From a virus (lineage: Duplodnaviria; Caudoviricetes), in IMG/VR virus record IMGVR_UViG_3300020385_000012, positions 1,351 through 65,350 of that record: DNA of 64,000 nucleotides; one strand, written 5' to 3'. Made by a program: the position numbers and the translations under genes. The notes under the pieces were generated by a model. It did no database searches. It worked only from the letters and a program-made list of their open reading frames with translations, and was not told the DNA's origin. Shown piece by piece: positions 46,825 through 55,844 of the stretch; positions within the stretch are counted from its first letter, which is position 1; every line of letters begins with the position of its first letter.

Positions 46825-46838
46825 AAATATTACATGTT
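46825..46838 (-). promoter_or_regulatory. Late-promoter-like motif
   Basis: AACATGTAATATTT, 5 nt upstream of ATG 46819. Confidence 0.55.
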
Positions 46839-46853
46839 TTACCGTATGTCTAA

Positions 46854-49800
46854 TTATGGATTCCCCTGACATGACCTAGAATTATCTATTGACTGCACAA
46901 TTCCACCACTATGTCTTACGTCCGCATATTTTCCTTGATCGTACTGCCCGCCAATAGGTTGTGTTAATATAACACCAAAAAATGTAGAACTTAAGTTTGA
47001 ATTTGTATATATTGTATCCCCTTGTTCTATAGCACTAGGGCCAGCTAATTGTGGTTTTGTTATATATAATGTTTGCGTTGATGGTTGACATAATCCTGGA
47101 GCGGAAGATGCTACAAAATAACTAACTAAAGTTCCTGGCGTTATTGTTACATTTACAGTATGCTGATCAAATGAAGGTGCGGAACCAGTATTCCCAGCAT
47201 CAACAACTTTAATTTTTACGTTATAAACATTACCGACTGTACTTACAGCCATATAGGTGTTTAACTTAAGTTGTCCCGGACTTGGATTACCAGCATCTCC
47301 CGTGTTTGTAATTGTAAATAAATTACTGGATGTCACGTTTGCACCACTTAATAACACTTCTTCTATGCTATACACTAAACCTAAATCATCCCTAGTAGTA
47401 TCTTTACTTCCATTTTCTGTTCCAGCCGCCGCGTTTAAAACAACACCACCAATAGTATAATGTAATGCGTTAGCTGAACTTGCTAATGAGTTTGAAAAAG
47501 TTGGGGCTGCGTTCGTTAATGTTATTACTAATGTGCCATTTAACTGCTCCCCGTTACTATCTGTTACTGTTATCGATACATTATAAGATTCGCCGTTGGT
47601 TCCATAATAAAATACGGGATTAGTAACCCTAAGGTTACTTCCGTTTATATCAAAATTATTTTTTAAATCTGTATTTAAATCAGATTGTGCAAAAACATTA
47701 TTTAAAACAAAAGACAAACTAGACATTGCACCACCTGATGAATTTGTAGCGCCAAGTGCTCCTATAACTGTATTTGCAACTGCTCCCTCTGAAAATGTAG
47801 TTCCTGATATTGTTAATGTTGCTGGCCCACCAGTGTTGCCTAAGATTTGCGTATTTAATTCTGTTACTAATCCAGTTAAAGAAGTTTCATAATATATATC
47901 TAACGCGGACTCTATCGGTTCTGTTTCAAATATTGATAAGCCTAAAGTACCTAAAAAGTTCAAAGGCTGTTGATTTTTAGGGCTACTACTAACAGTAATA
48001 GATTTTCCATATCCATCTGGTAATTCAGCTAATAAAGGATTCTTACTGTAATTATGAAAAACTAAATAAGTGTGTCCTAGTTCTTGTGCTGACCCAGTCG
48101 CTGTAGTATCAAACAATTCCAAACCATGATCCATTGCGGTGCCTATACTTATTACATCTACTTTGCCTTCTTCAGAATTATATATATAAGGATCTGAATT
48201 TGTACCCGCTGGAGTTAAAGCTCCATCTACTATTACAGGAAATAAAGCCGATTCGCTAGGACTTGTTGTTTCTTCTATAATTCCGCCAGCTCCAGGTTTT
48301 TTGGGAACTTTATTTATATTATCTCCGTGTAAAACTAACCAAGTTCTTTTATCTGTGTCGCTAAAATACAAACTTGAATGTGCAGATTGCACGTTTGAAT
48401 TGGGTATATTATCTATAGCATGGGGTGCATATACATTGTAATATTCCTGCTCTGTTTGTTTTACAACAGCTTTCCATGAGTACCAACCAAAAGGATTTAA
48501 ATTCGAGTAAGCATTTGGAATTATATCATTAAACTCAATTCTTAAAGCATATCCAGGCCAATTAGCAGAATCTCCCGTATGTACAGGTACTCTTACTGAA
48601 GATTTATTAGTATCAGAAGGTAATATAACTGGGGATTGTCTTCCATATTTATCAGAAAGTACTAAGCCTATTTGATAAGTACGCCTTGATTTAACAGATT
48701 GATATGGGTATTGTATATTCCAAGTTCCAGTGCTTATTCTGTTTGCATACCCTGCTTCAAAATTAATTGAAGGCAAATTATAATTTTCTTGAAAATTACC
48801 ATAAACCAATCTGCTGCCAACTATTTCTTGAGCTTTTGCTTTTCTTGGTACATTATCAAAAACTCTTGTTAATTGATCTTCTGGTAAAGTTTTAAAAGGT
48901 AAAGTTAACTCATAACTGTAAGTAAATAAATTACCTACAACCCCATAAGAAGCATTATTAGTAACATCATTATCTGTTAACGGTATTTCAGCAACTGCTT
49001 TAATGCCAGGGTTATCAGCTTCTTTGTAAAGTATTTCAATTTTATTTATACCGTAATCAGAAGTTACATTATCAGATGGTAAATCAACTCTTAACTGAAC
49101 CCTCCCAACATCATTTATAAAAGAATCAACTTCTGTTGTTGATGCTGCAGAAGCTATTTGTGCGTCAGTTAAACCAAGGGATGTGTTGTATGTTTTGGGT
49201 ATAAAGCATGTTTGCGTAAACGGCGATATAACGGAATATTCCCCATCTTCAAATTTATATCTATACGCAAATTTTATAAATTCTTCTTCAATTCTATCTT
49301 CAGAATTTTTAAAAGTTAAAGTTACGGTGGCGCTAGCGCTGGCTTGTTTTGTTAATGTTATTGTTAAACCATTGCCACTAATGTTTTTAACGGAGGTGTC
49401 CGCGGGAATTCCGGATCCAGTAACAGCTTGCCCTATATAAATATCATTATTAATACTACCGGTGTAAGTTATACTATCTGAGCCTGATGTTGTTGCAACT
49501 GATTGAGTTGTAGTCAACTTCTGTAATCCAGTTTGATTTAATGTAGGATGTAAAATATTTGGAGCGTTATAAGGATAATACTTAGCTACGCTAATTTTAG
49601 CTTCCGAATTATAATAAGATGTATTTTCTAAAGCTTTTATTATATTTATTTTTCTAGGCTGATTGTTATCATCTGTCCAAAATAACAAATCATCTATTAT
49701 GTTAACTCCAGTAATTAAATGACTAGTGCTAAAATTTAAAAAATTTGATGCATTGTTTATTATAGTAATTGGAGAAGAATTACTGTTTGTATTATGATAA

Positions 49801-50081
49801 TATATATTGTCAGCAACACCTCCGCCGCTAACAAAATAAAAAATTCTATTGCTACCGTCCGCTTGCGACTCAGAATCAGCTATATAACCTATAACTTCTC
49901 CACCATTTATATTACCAATTTTAGAGTTACCTTTTATATTTTGAACAACACCAATATCAGAACCATCAGATTTAGTTATATGGATGTTTTGTGCGTCTAC
50001 GTATTCACCATTAGGTATTAAACGGGCATCGAGATCTTTATTCATTTTACCTTTTAAAAAGGTATTTTTGATTTCTGGCAT
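46854..50081 (-). CDS. Tail nozzle/stabilisation protein with C-terminal cadherin/Ig-like repeats
   Basis: GKMNKDLDARLIPNGEY.DA.N N-terminus; LLFWTDD.NQPRKIN; FAYRYKF.DGEYS..SPF. Confidence 0.75.
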   Translation of the reverse strand: MPEIKNTFLKGKMNKDLDARLIPNGEYVDAQNIHITKSDGSDIGVVQNIKGNSKIGNINGGEVIGYIADSESQADGSNRIFYFVSGGGVADNIYYHNTNSNSSPITIINNASNFLNFSTSHLITGVNIIDDLLFWTDDNNQPRKINIIKALENTSYYNSEAKISVAKYYPYNAPNILHPTLNQTGLQKLTTTQSVATTSGSDSITYTGSINNDIYIGQAVTGSGIPADTSVKNISGNGLTITLTKQASASATVTLTFKNSEDRIEEEFIKFAYRYKFEDGEYSVISPFTQTCFIPKTYNTSLGLTDAQIASAASTTEVDSFINDVGRVQLRVDLPSDNVTSDYGINKIEILYKEADNPGIKAVAEIPLTDNDVTNNASYGVVGNLFTYSYELTLPFKTLPEDQLTRVFDNVPRKAKAQEIVGSRLVYGNFQENYNLPSINFEAGYANRISTGTWNIQYPYQSVKSRRTYQIGLVLSDKYGRQSPVILPSDTNKSSVRVPVHTGDSANWPGYALRIEFNDIIPNAYSNLNPFGWYSWKAVVKQTEQEYYNVYAPHAIDNIPNSNVQSAHSSLYFSDTDKRTWLVLHGDNINKVPKKPGAGGIIEETTSPSESALFPVIVDGALTPAGTNSDPYIYNSEEGKVDVISIGTAMDHGLELFDTTATGSAQELGHTYLVFHNYSKNPLLAELPDGYGKSITVSSSPKNQQPLNFLGTLGLSIFETEPIESALDIYYETSLTGLVTELNTQILGNTGGPATLTISGTTFSEGAVANTVIGALGATNSSGGAMSSLSFVLNNVFAQSDLNTDLKNNFDINGSNLRVTNPVFYYGTNGESYNVSITVTDSNGEQLNGTLVITLTNAAPTFSNSLASSANALHYTIGGVVLNAAAGTENGSKDTTRDDLGLVYSIEEVLLSGANVTSSNLFTITNTGDAGNPSPGQLKLNTYMAVSTVGNVYNVKIKVVDAGNTGSAPSFDQHTVNVTITPGTLVSYFVASSAPGLCQPSTQTLYITKPQLAGPSAIEQGDTIYTNSNLSSTFFGVILTQPIGGQYDQGKYADVRHSGGIVQSIDNSRSCQGNP

Positions 50082-50084
50082 GTA

Positions 50085-51245
50085 TTAGTGTTTAATAAAT
50101 TTTGATTTACCTCTCATTACTTGCTCTAGTTCGGCAATTTTAAGACTAGATAATCTTAATTTGGCATTTCTTATTGCTGCTCTTTTTTCTTTTCTAAATC
50201 TATTTATAATGTATTCAGGAAAATTAATTCTTGAGCTTGCAATTCCATATGTTATATATTTATATATTGCATCTTCAGCAAATTTGTGAACTTGCATTTC
50301 GTCATCTGTTCCTAATCCATCTGAAATATATTTTAATGTTATAATTTGATTGGCCAATTCACTTGAAAAACTAATTGTTCCATTAAGCTCATCTATTAAA
50401 AATATTCCATTTTCTTGTGTGGTTTCTGGGTTTGAACCTTTTCTTCCGCCGTACGATGTTATTTTTTGCAAACCTACATTAGTATCATAAGTAATATCTT
50501 CATCAGCAAAATTACCTGATATTTTTCTATTATCAAATTCTTTAAATCTATCGCTTGTAACTGGTGTTCCAGTTAATAAAGATCCATCCGCATCATAAAG
50601 ATACTTATAATCATCATCTTGTAAAATTGATTCCGAAGGTTTTGATGTATACCTACCTGGGTAAATAATGTGCTCAACCCCAACATCATCTATAAAAGAT
50701 ATTCTTACATAATGGATGTAATCTTGAGGCATTGGTATAGATAAACTAGGACCAATTTCAATTTCTTGTATTTTTTCTATTCTAGAAATATCATAACTAA
50801 ACTCTTGTATGCCGCGTTTAGCGTGGAATAGCACATCAGATTTGTTTGCACTAGATATTAATTTGCCATCGCCTATGTAGGCGACCATATAGTTATTTAT
50901 AATATCCTGCATTGAAATATACCTATAATTACCATATCTTTCTGCTTTTCCAGTTTCTTTTACTTCAATAATTAGCCCGGCATTTGGTCTATATTGTGAA
51001 TTTGCAAAAGTTATTACATCTGCATTATTAGTATTACCTGTAAATGTTACAACGCCTGATGAAGCATTATACGAATAGTTCCCTGTATTTATTTCTTTAC
51101 CATCTATGAAAACAGCAATACTTCCAACTGCAGGCAATGTAGGAAAATAAACGGTAGTTATAGTAACTGTATTTGAAGAACCAGCTGCGGTAAATTGTTG
51201 TGACTGGCTATAATAAGCCTGTTGTGTTACATTTATTAATCCCAT
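50085..51245 (-). CDS. Tail adaptor/ring structural protein
   Basis: VLFHAKRGIQEFSYD..PQDYIHYVRIS..LKYISDGL; downstream of capsid. Confidence 0.65.
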   Translation of the reverse strand: MGLINVTQQAYYSQSQQFTAAGSSNTVTITTVYFPTLPAVGSIAVFIDGKEINTGNYSYNASSGVVTFTGNTNNADVITFANSQYRPNAGLIIEVKETGKAERYGNYRYISMQDIINNYMVAYIGDGKLISSANKSDVLFHAKRGIQEFSYDISRIEKIQEIEIGPSLSIPMPQDYIHYVRISFIDDVGVEHIIYPGRYTSKPSESILQDDDYKYLYDADGSLLTGTPVTSDRFKEFDNRKISGNFADEDITYDTNVGLQKITSYGGRKGSNPETTQENGIFLIDELNGTISFSSELANQIITLKYISDGLGTDDEMQVHKFAEDAIYKYITYGIASSRINFPEYIINRFRKEKRAAIRNAKLRLSSLKIAELEQVMRGKSKFIKH

Positions 51246-51250
51246 TTATT

Positions 51251-52249
51251 TTAATTTTCTAATTGTATTATTTTATTTTCTTCTCCGCTTGCTACTTGAA
51301 TAACTGTTGGGTCTTTTATTATAATTCCAACATAACCTAATATTTTTATTACTAAATCAACTTCGTCAGATTCATGCAACTCAAAATCAGTTGATGACCC
51401 TGAAGCATATTCGTAAGACCCATTAGATGAGTTTTTTGAAAATCCCCAATAAGGATCAGCTGGTATTTTTATATAATCAAAAGTAATGTTTTCACCAATT
51501 AAACTAATCGGGCTTATTTTAAAACCTTCATGGCCTCTATAATAAATAGGGTAAGTTTTAGTTGGGGCTGTTAATTTTGATGAATTAACATAAGTATATT
51601 CTGATTTATCAAGCTCTTCAAAATTTATAGATCTATTTAATCTTGATAGGTTTACTACGCGATACATATCTGCAGGTAGTATAAAATTTCCTGTAACTAA
51701 ATCAGCGCTTTCTATTGGAAATGTGTAAGGATTATTTGCGCCTGTCATTAATGATTGGGCAATAGTAATTACATCACCGGTTGCATAACCTGAACCAGGT
51801 TCTGTGACTGTTATTGACACAAAAGTATTTGTAGTGGCTACAACTGTAACTTTTAAACCTGTCCCACTACCATTTGAGGTTGTGGCCAAGTTTGAATATG
51901 TGCCAGCTGTAACTTGTGTAGGAACACTAACACCTGTAGACGTTGTTCTAGTTCTTACATTTGTGCCAACTTTTATTCCGTTAACACCATACATTAGCAA
52001 TTCAGCTTCTTTTGAAAAAATATCAATTTTTTCTTTTATATTCTTGGGAATATTTGCATAGCCATTATTTGTTATATTAGCTTTTTCTTTATTTATAGCT
52101 TTATTATAATCAAAAAATGCTCTTTCTAAAAGATCGAGCTGCACTTCTCTGCCGATTCTATTAAATTGATCCGGTGTTAAAAAGCCTCTACCCTCTTTAT
52201 TTATTATTGAAAGTACGGTTCTATATACTTTATTTACTGATATTGCCAT
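51251..52249 (-). CDS. Tail adaptor/ring structural protein
   Basis: SVNKVYRTVL.IINKEGRG.LTP.QFN..DFELH.S.E; internal EPGSGY..GD insert. Confidence 0.65.
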   Translation of the reverse strand: MAISVNKVYRTVLSIINKEGRGFLTPDQFNRIGREVQLDLLERAFFDYNKAINKEKANITNNGYANIPKNIKEKIDIFSKEAELLMYGVNGIKVGTNVRTRTTSTGVSVPTQVTAGTYSNLATTSNGSGTGLKVTVVATTNTFVSITVTEPGSGYATGDVITIAQSLMTGANNPYTFPIESADLVTGNFILPADMYRVVNLSRLNRSINFEELDKSEYTYVNSSKLTAPTKTYPIYYRGHEGFKISPISLIGENITFDYIKIPADPYWGFSKNSSNGSYEYASGSSTDFELHESDEVDLVIKILGYVGIIIKDPTVIQVASGEENKIIQLEN

Positions 52250-52268
52250 TTATATTTTTTTATATAAT

Positions 52269-52296
52269 GATTAAGCCGCTTATTTGCGGCCTAACC
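52269..52296 (-). terminator. Intergenic hairpin, possible terminator
   Basis: GGTTAGGCCGC-AAATAA-GCGGCTTAATC on minus strand. Confidence 0.5.
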
Positions 52297-52308
52297 ACCA
52301 TAAGCATT

Positions 52309-53094
52309 TTATTTTAATTTCTTTTCAATAGTTTGATAAACCTCAACACCTTCGTCTGTTTTAAACCACGCAGCTAATGCTGAATACGGGTTTTCATCAA
52401 ATGGAACTGTTATAAGTTTTCTTCCTGTCGATGCCCAAGTAAACGTTCTTTGATCGTTTGACAAAACTATAATATTACTTTCTGCAGCTTTTATACCAAC
52501 ATTTCTAATATTTATGTTTTCATCATTTGCTAATTCTAAGAATAACTCTGGGTTGTTCCGAGCAAATAATAATAAATCTCTTTTAAGCTCCTTAGAAGTC
52601 ATCTTAGATACTTTATCACCAAGCTCAGTTCTTAATATTGCCTCTGCGTGATCAACATCTATGCCCTGTGCTGTAGTTAAAGCTTGAATTTCAAATTCAA
52701 TTAAATCTAAATCATCCTCGGCTTCTTTTATAGGATTATATTCTACAAATTTAACTCCATTGTCAGGATGAATAGCTAAAAACTTTTGTAAAGTTTGTTT
52801 TTCTTTTGGAACAAATAGTTTACCATCTTTAAAAGAAATATGAGATAGTCTTTGTGTTCCCTTCATTTCATCTACAAATACTGTATTTTGATTTTCACAA
52901 TATTTAATTTCTCTTTCATATCCTTTTTTTTCGTCAAAATATAAAACTCCACGAGATTTTAACATAAAAACAATTGGTGTATCATTTATAGATAGCTCGT
53001 AAATTTTATCTTTGAATTCTATAGTTGGTTTTACTTTTGTTGGTTTTTCTTTAATTTTTGTCATGATATAATATAATATAATTAATAAAAGCAA
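52309..53094 (-). CDS. Conserved-looking protein downstream of capsid (start probably about 53064)
   Basis: Long ORF; MTKIKEKP is the more plausible start. Confidence 0.7.
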   Translation of the reverse strand: MLLLIILYYIMTKIKEKPTKVKPTIEFKDKIYELSINDTPIVFMLKSRGVLYFDEKKGYEREIKYCENQNTVFVDEMKGTQRLSHISFKDGKLFVPKEKQTLQKFLAIHPDNGVKFVEYNPIKEAEDDLDLIEFEIQALTTAQGIDVDHAEAILRTELGDKVSKMTSKELKRDLLLFARNNPELFLELANDENINIRNVGIKAAESNIIVLSNDQRTFTWASTGRKLITVPFDENPYSALAAWFKTDEGVEVYQTIEKKLK

Positions 53095-53126
53095 AGAATA
53101 CCCCCACTATTACCGTGGGGATATAC
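53086..53126 (-). terminator. Rho-independent terminator after the major capsid gene
   Basis: CCCCAC-GGTAATA-GTGGGG stem followed by a T-rich tract on minus strand. Confidence 0.65.
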
Positions 53127-53138
53127 TTTACGTGAAAT

Positions 53139-54566
53139 TTATGAATCAAATCTGATAAAGTTGTTAGCAGCCTGTACCACTAAACATCTTTCTGAAAGAT
53201 AGTGAATTTCCATTTTGTCATCACCAATTGTAGATGCTCCACCTACTGAACCAGTAACCCAAGATTTTAATTTTCTATCATCAGCTTGAGAAGCTCTATA
53301 TCTTACGTGTAAGAAAGGTCTTCTAACATTGCTTCCTAAATTTTGGTCATACACTGAAGATGTTCCTGCAGGAATTAACAATCCTTTTAATGATCCTACA
53401 GAACCTCTTGTAGATTTATCATTAAGATATTTCCAATCAGTTTTGTAAAAGTCATAAGAACCTCTTCTAAATCCTGTAAATCCAAGATTTAAAGCCATGT
53501 CTTCAGAATTATTAAATACCCCAAATCCAAGCCCGCCAGCCACATGTGGATTTAAGCCAGCTAATAGGTCATCGATTACTAAATTTGCATCTCTGTTTAA
53601 GAAAAGCATATTTTCTTCGATAGCTCCTTGCTTGTCTAATTCCTTTAATAAGTCATCAAATTCAGATAATACTGCACCTGAATCAAATTGATTTGTAGCT
53701 ACAATTCCTCTTTCGCCAATAGCAGAAAGTAATCCTTGAGAACCAGCAACACCTACTTCAGAGTTTTCAGTGACCGTATTTGAAACTTTAGCTTTTTCAG
53801 CTTCAATTGCAATCATTTCTAAATAGTCATCAAATCTTGCTTTTGTATCAGCAGAAGATTTTAAGTACCATAAGTATCCAGACTCTCCGCCTTCACCACT
53901 TACTTGTACCCACCCGATTTGAGCAGTGTCAGATCCGTTGATTTCAAAGTGATCTTTGATAATCATTGGCTTGTTAGTGAAAGTTTTGAAACCAGGCTCA
54001 ATAGATTCAGTCATACTAGCAGTTCCTTTTTGGAATTCAGAACCGTATACGAAAAATTTGATTGCTTGATTGTCTGTAGTCGCGATTCCCGCTAGGTCAT
54101 CAACGTTTTGTGCACCGTAAGGCTTAATTGTTAAAGCGTTGTTAGCTGTTTCAACTCCAACTGTAACAATCGCTTTAAATACAACACTGTTTACCTCACA
54201 TACTAATGTTGCCCCTTGTCTTACTGCGTGTGTTTCAGCAGCTCCAGAGTCAATACCAGTAATAGTGTCAATTGCACCTGTAATAGGATTAATCTGACCG
54301 TTGTAAGATAAGTGTAGTCTACCTTGCTCAGACCAAATTACTTGATCAGAAGACATAGGCATTTCTGCACTAATTTGTGAAAGGAATCCAGAAATAGTTC
54401 TGTTCCCGTATCTCTGTACTTCACTTTCGTAAAGCTCAGGAAGATATTGTTTAGCCCATCCGTCGTTTTGAATGTCTAAGTAGCTCCCCGGCGTAGTTAT
54501 TTTTGACACCGCTGGGGTTAAAATACTGCCAGCCAATGGGCCAGCAAATGAATTGTTATTCGCCAT
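53139..54566 (-). CDS. Major capsid protein
   Basis: 475 aa after the scaffold gene; QYLPELYE.E..RYG.R, VIWSEQGRLH, HYLSERCL; followed by a terminator. Confidence 0.85.
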   Translation of the reverse strand: MANNNSFAGPLAGSILTPAVSKITTPGSYLDIQNDGWAKQYLPELYESEVQRYGNRTISGFLSQISAEMPMSSDQVIWSEQGRLHLSYNGQINPITGAIDTITGIDSGAAETHAVRQGATLVCEVNSVVFKAIVTVGVETANNALTIKPYGAQNVDDLAGIATTDNQAIKFFVYGSEFQKGTASMTESIEPGFKTFTNKPMIIKDHFEINGSDTAQIGWVQVSGEGGESGYLWYLKSSADTKARFDDYLEMIAIEAEKAKVSNTVTENSEVGVAGSQGLLSAIGERGIVATNQFDSGAVLSEFDDLLKELDKQGAIEENMLFLNRDANLVIDDLLAGLNPHVAGGLGFGVFNNSEDMALNLGFTGFRRGSYDFYKTDWKYLNDKSTRGSVGSLKGLLIPAGTSSVYDQNLGSNVRRPFLHVRYRASQADDRKLKSWVTGSVGGASTIGDDKMEIHYLSERCLVVQAANNFIRFDS

Positions 54567-54585
54567 TTTAATTTTTTTTTGTTAG

Positions 54586-55821
54586 TTAATAATTTTTAAG
54601 TTTAAATTTTAGCTTAGAATTATCATCCCCAGAAATAGCTTTTACTTTTATTCCGCTAGCATCAACATACCCACTAGAAGTTTTTCTAGGGTCCATGTTA
54701 ATGTTCTTGGCCTCCGCGCTCATTTGCTTGATCGCGTCAGCTTTACCTTGTTCATAAAAATGGTTAGCTATTTTGTCAGGATTAGAAGCGGCAAATAAAG
54801 CTTTATGGTAACCCCCGGCGTCTTGTAACATTTTATTGTTACCAACATATTTATTGAAAACATTCAATAAATCACTTTGGGTTTCCTTTACTTTGTTAAC
54901 ATCTTTTACATTGAAACGGTATTTCTTGTCTCCTACGTTAAAATTAAAACCTTTAAATTCTTCGCTAAAAACTTTACTAGTTTCTTGTTTAAAATGTTTT
55001 GTTTGCTGCTGTAATAATTCTTCAGCTGATTTTTGCTCTTTATTGTATCTGTCAAAAAATTCAATAGCTTTTTGTTGTTCAGGAGCTAATCTGGAACCCA
55101 ACTTGACTTCCTTATAGTATTTGTCCTTAGTTTCATTTAAAAACTTATTGGCATTTGCGACTTCCTCTTTGAGAGCAAGTTTTTTTCTTTTAATATCTCT
55201 TTCCTCATCAATTTCTGCGTCAAATGAAAATTTATCGTCTAATAAAAACGACACTTCATCATAACTTAAATGAGGTTTAGTTTGCTTATAGTATTCTCTT
55301 AATAATGTATTTTCATCTACATTAGAATAGTCAGCACTAAGTCTAACGTAATCTTCAAGAGTTCCACCAGTTTCTTCCATAAATTTTACCAGGTCTTGTA
55401 TGTTTTCTGGTAAGTTTACTTCTGGTTCTTGTGTTTTTTCTTCCTGTAATACTTCTTCAGGTTCCGGTGTGGCGTCGGTAGCTTCAACGCTTCCATCCAC
55501 TCCTTCCTCTTCAGTATTATTTTTTTCATTTTCAATAATTTCTTCCAGTACAGGCTCTTCTACTTTTTCTTGCTGTACTTCTTGCAGTTCCACTTTGGCT
55601 TCTTCCCCATTTTTTTCATCTTCGCTGCTTCCGCGTAACACGCCATCTTCTGGGCTTTGTTTTTGAACGGCATCTGTTTCTTCTTTTGATTGATTAATTT
55701 TTCCTAAATCCACAGTGTAATCGCCATCTTCGTTAGTTGATAGCTTTTGTACCTCTGCTTCTTTTTCAGCAATAGACTTTTCTTCGATGTCTAAAGCTTT
55801 TGCTTTGATGTTTTCTGACAT
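54586..55821 (-). CDS. Capsid scaffolding protein
   Basis: Very acidic N-terminus; HFYEQGKADA; between portal and capsid. Confidence 0.75.
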   Translation of the reverse strand: MSENIKAKALDIEEKSIAEKEAEVQKLSTNEDGDYTVDLGKINQSKEETDAVQKQSPEDGVLRGSSEDEKNGEEAKVELQEVQQEKVEEPVLEEIIENEKNNTEEEGVDGSVEATDATPEPEEVLQEEKTQEPEVNLPENIQDLVKFMEETGGTLEDYVRLSADYSNVDENTLLREYYKQTKPHLSYDEVSFLLDDKFSFDAEIDEERDIKRKKLALKEEVANANKFLNETKDKYYKEVKLGSRLAPEQQKAIEFFDRYNKEQKSAEELLQQQTKHFKQETSKVFSEEFKGFNFNVGDKKYRFNVKDVNKVKETQSDLLNVFNKYVGNNKMLQDAGGYHKALFAASNPDKIANHFYEQGKADAIKQMSAEAKNINMDPRKTSSGYVDASGIKVKAISGDDNSKLKFKLKNY

Positions 55822-55844
55822 AATAAAATATAATTGTTTAAGTA

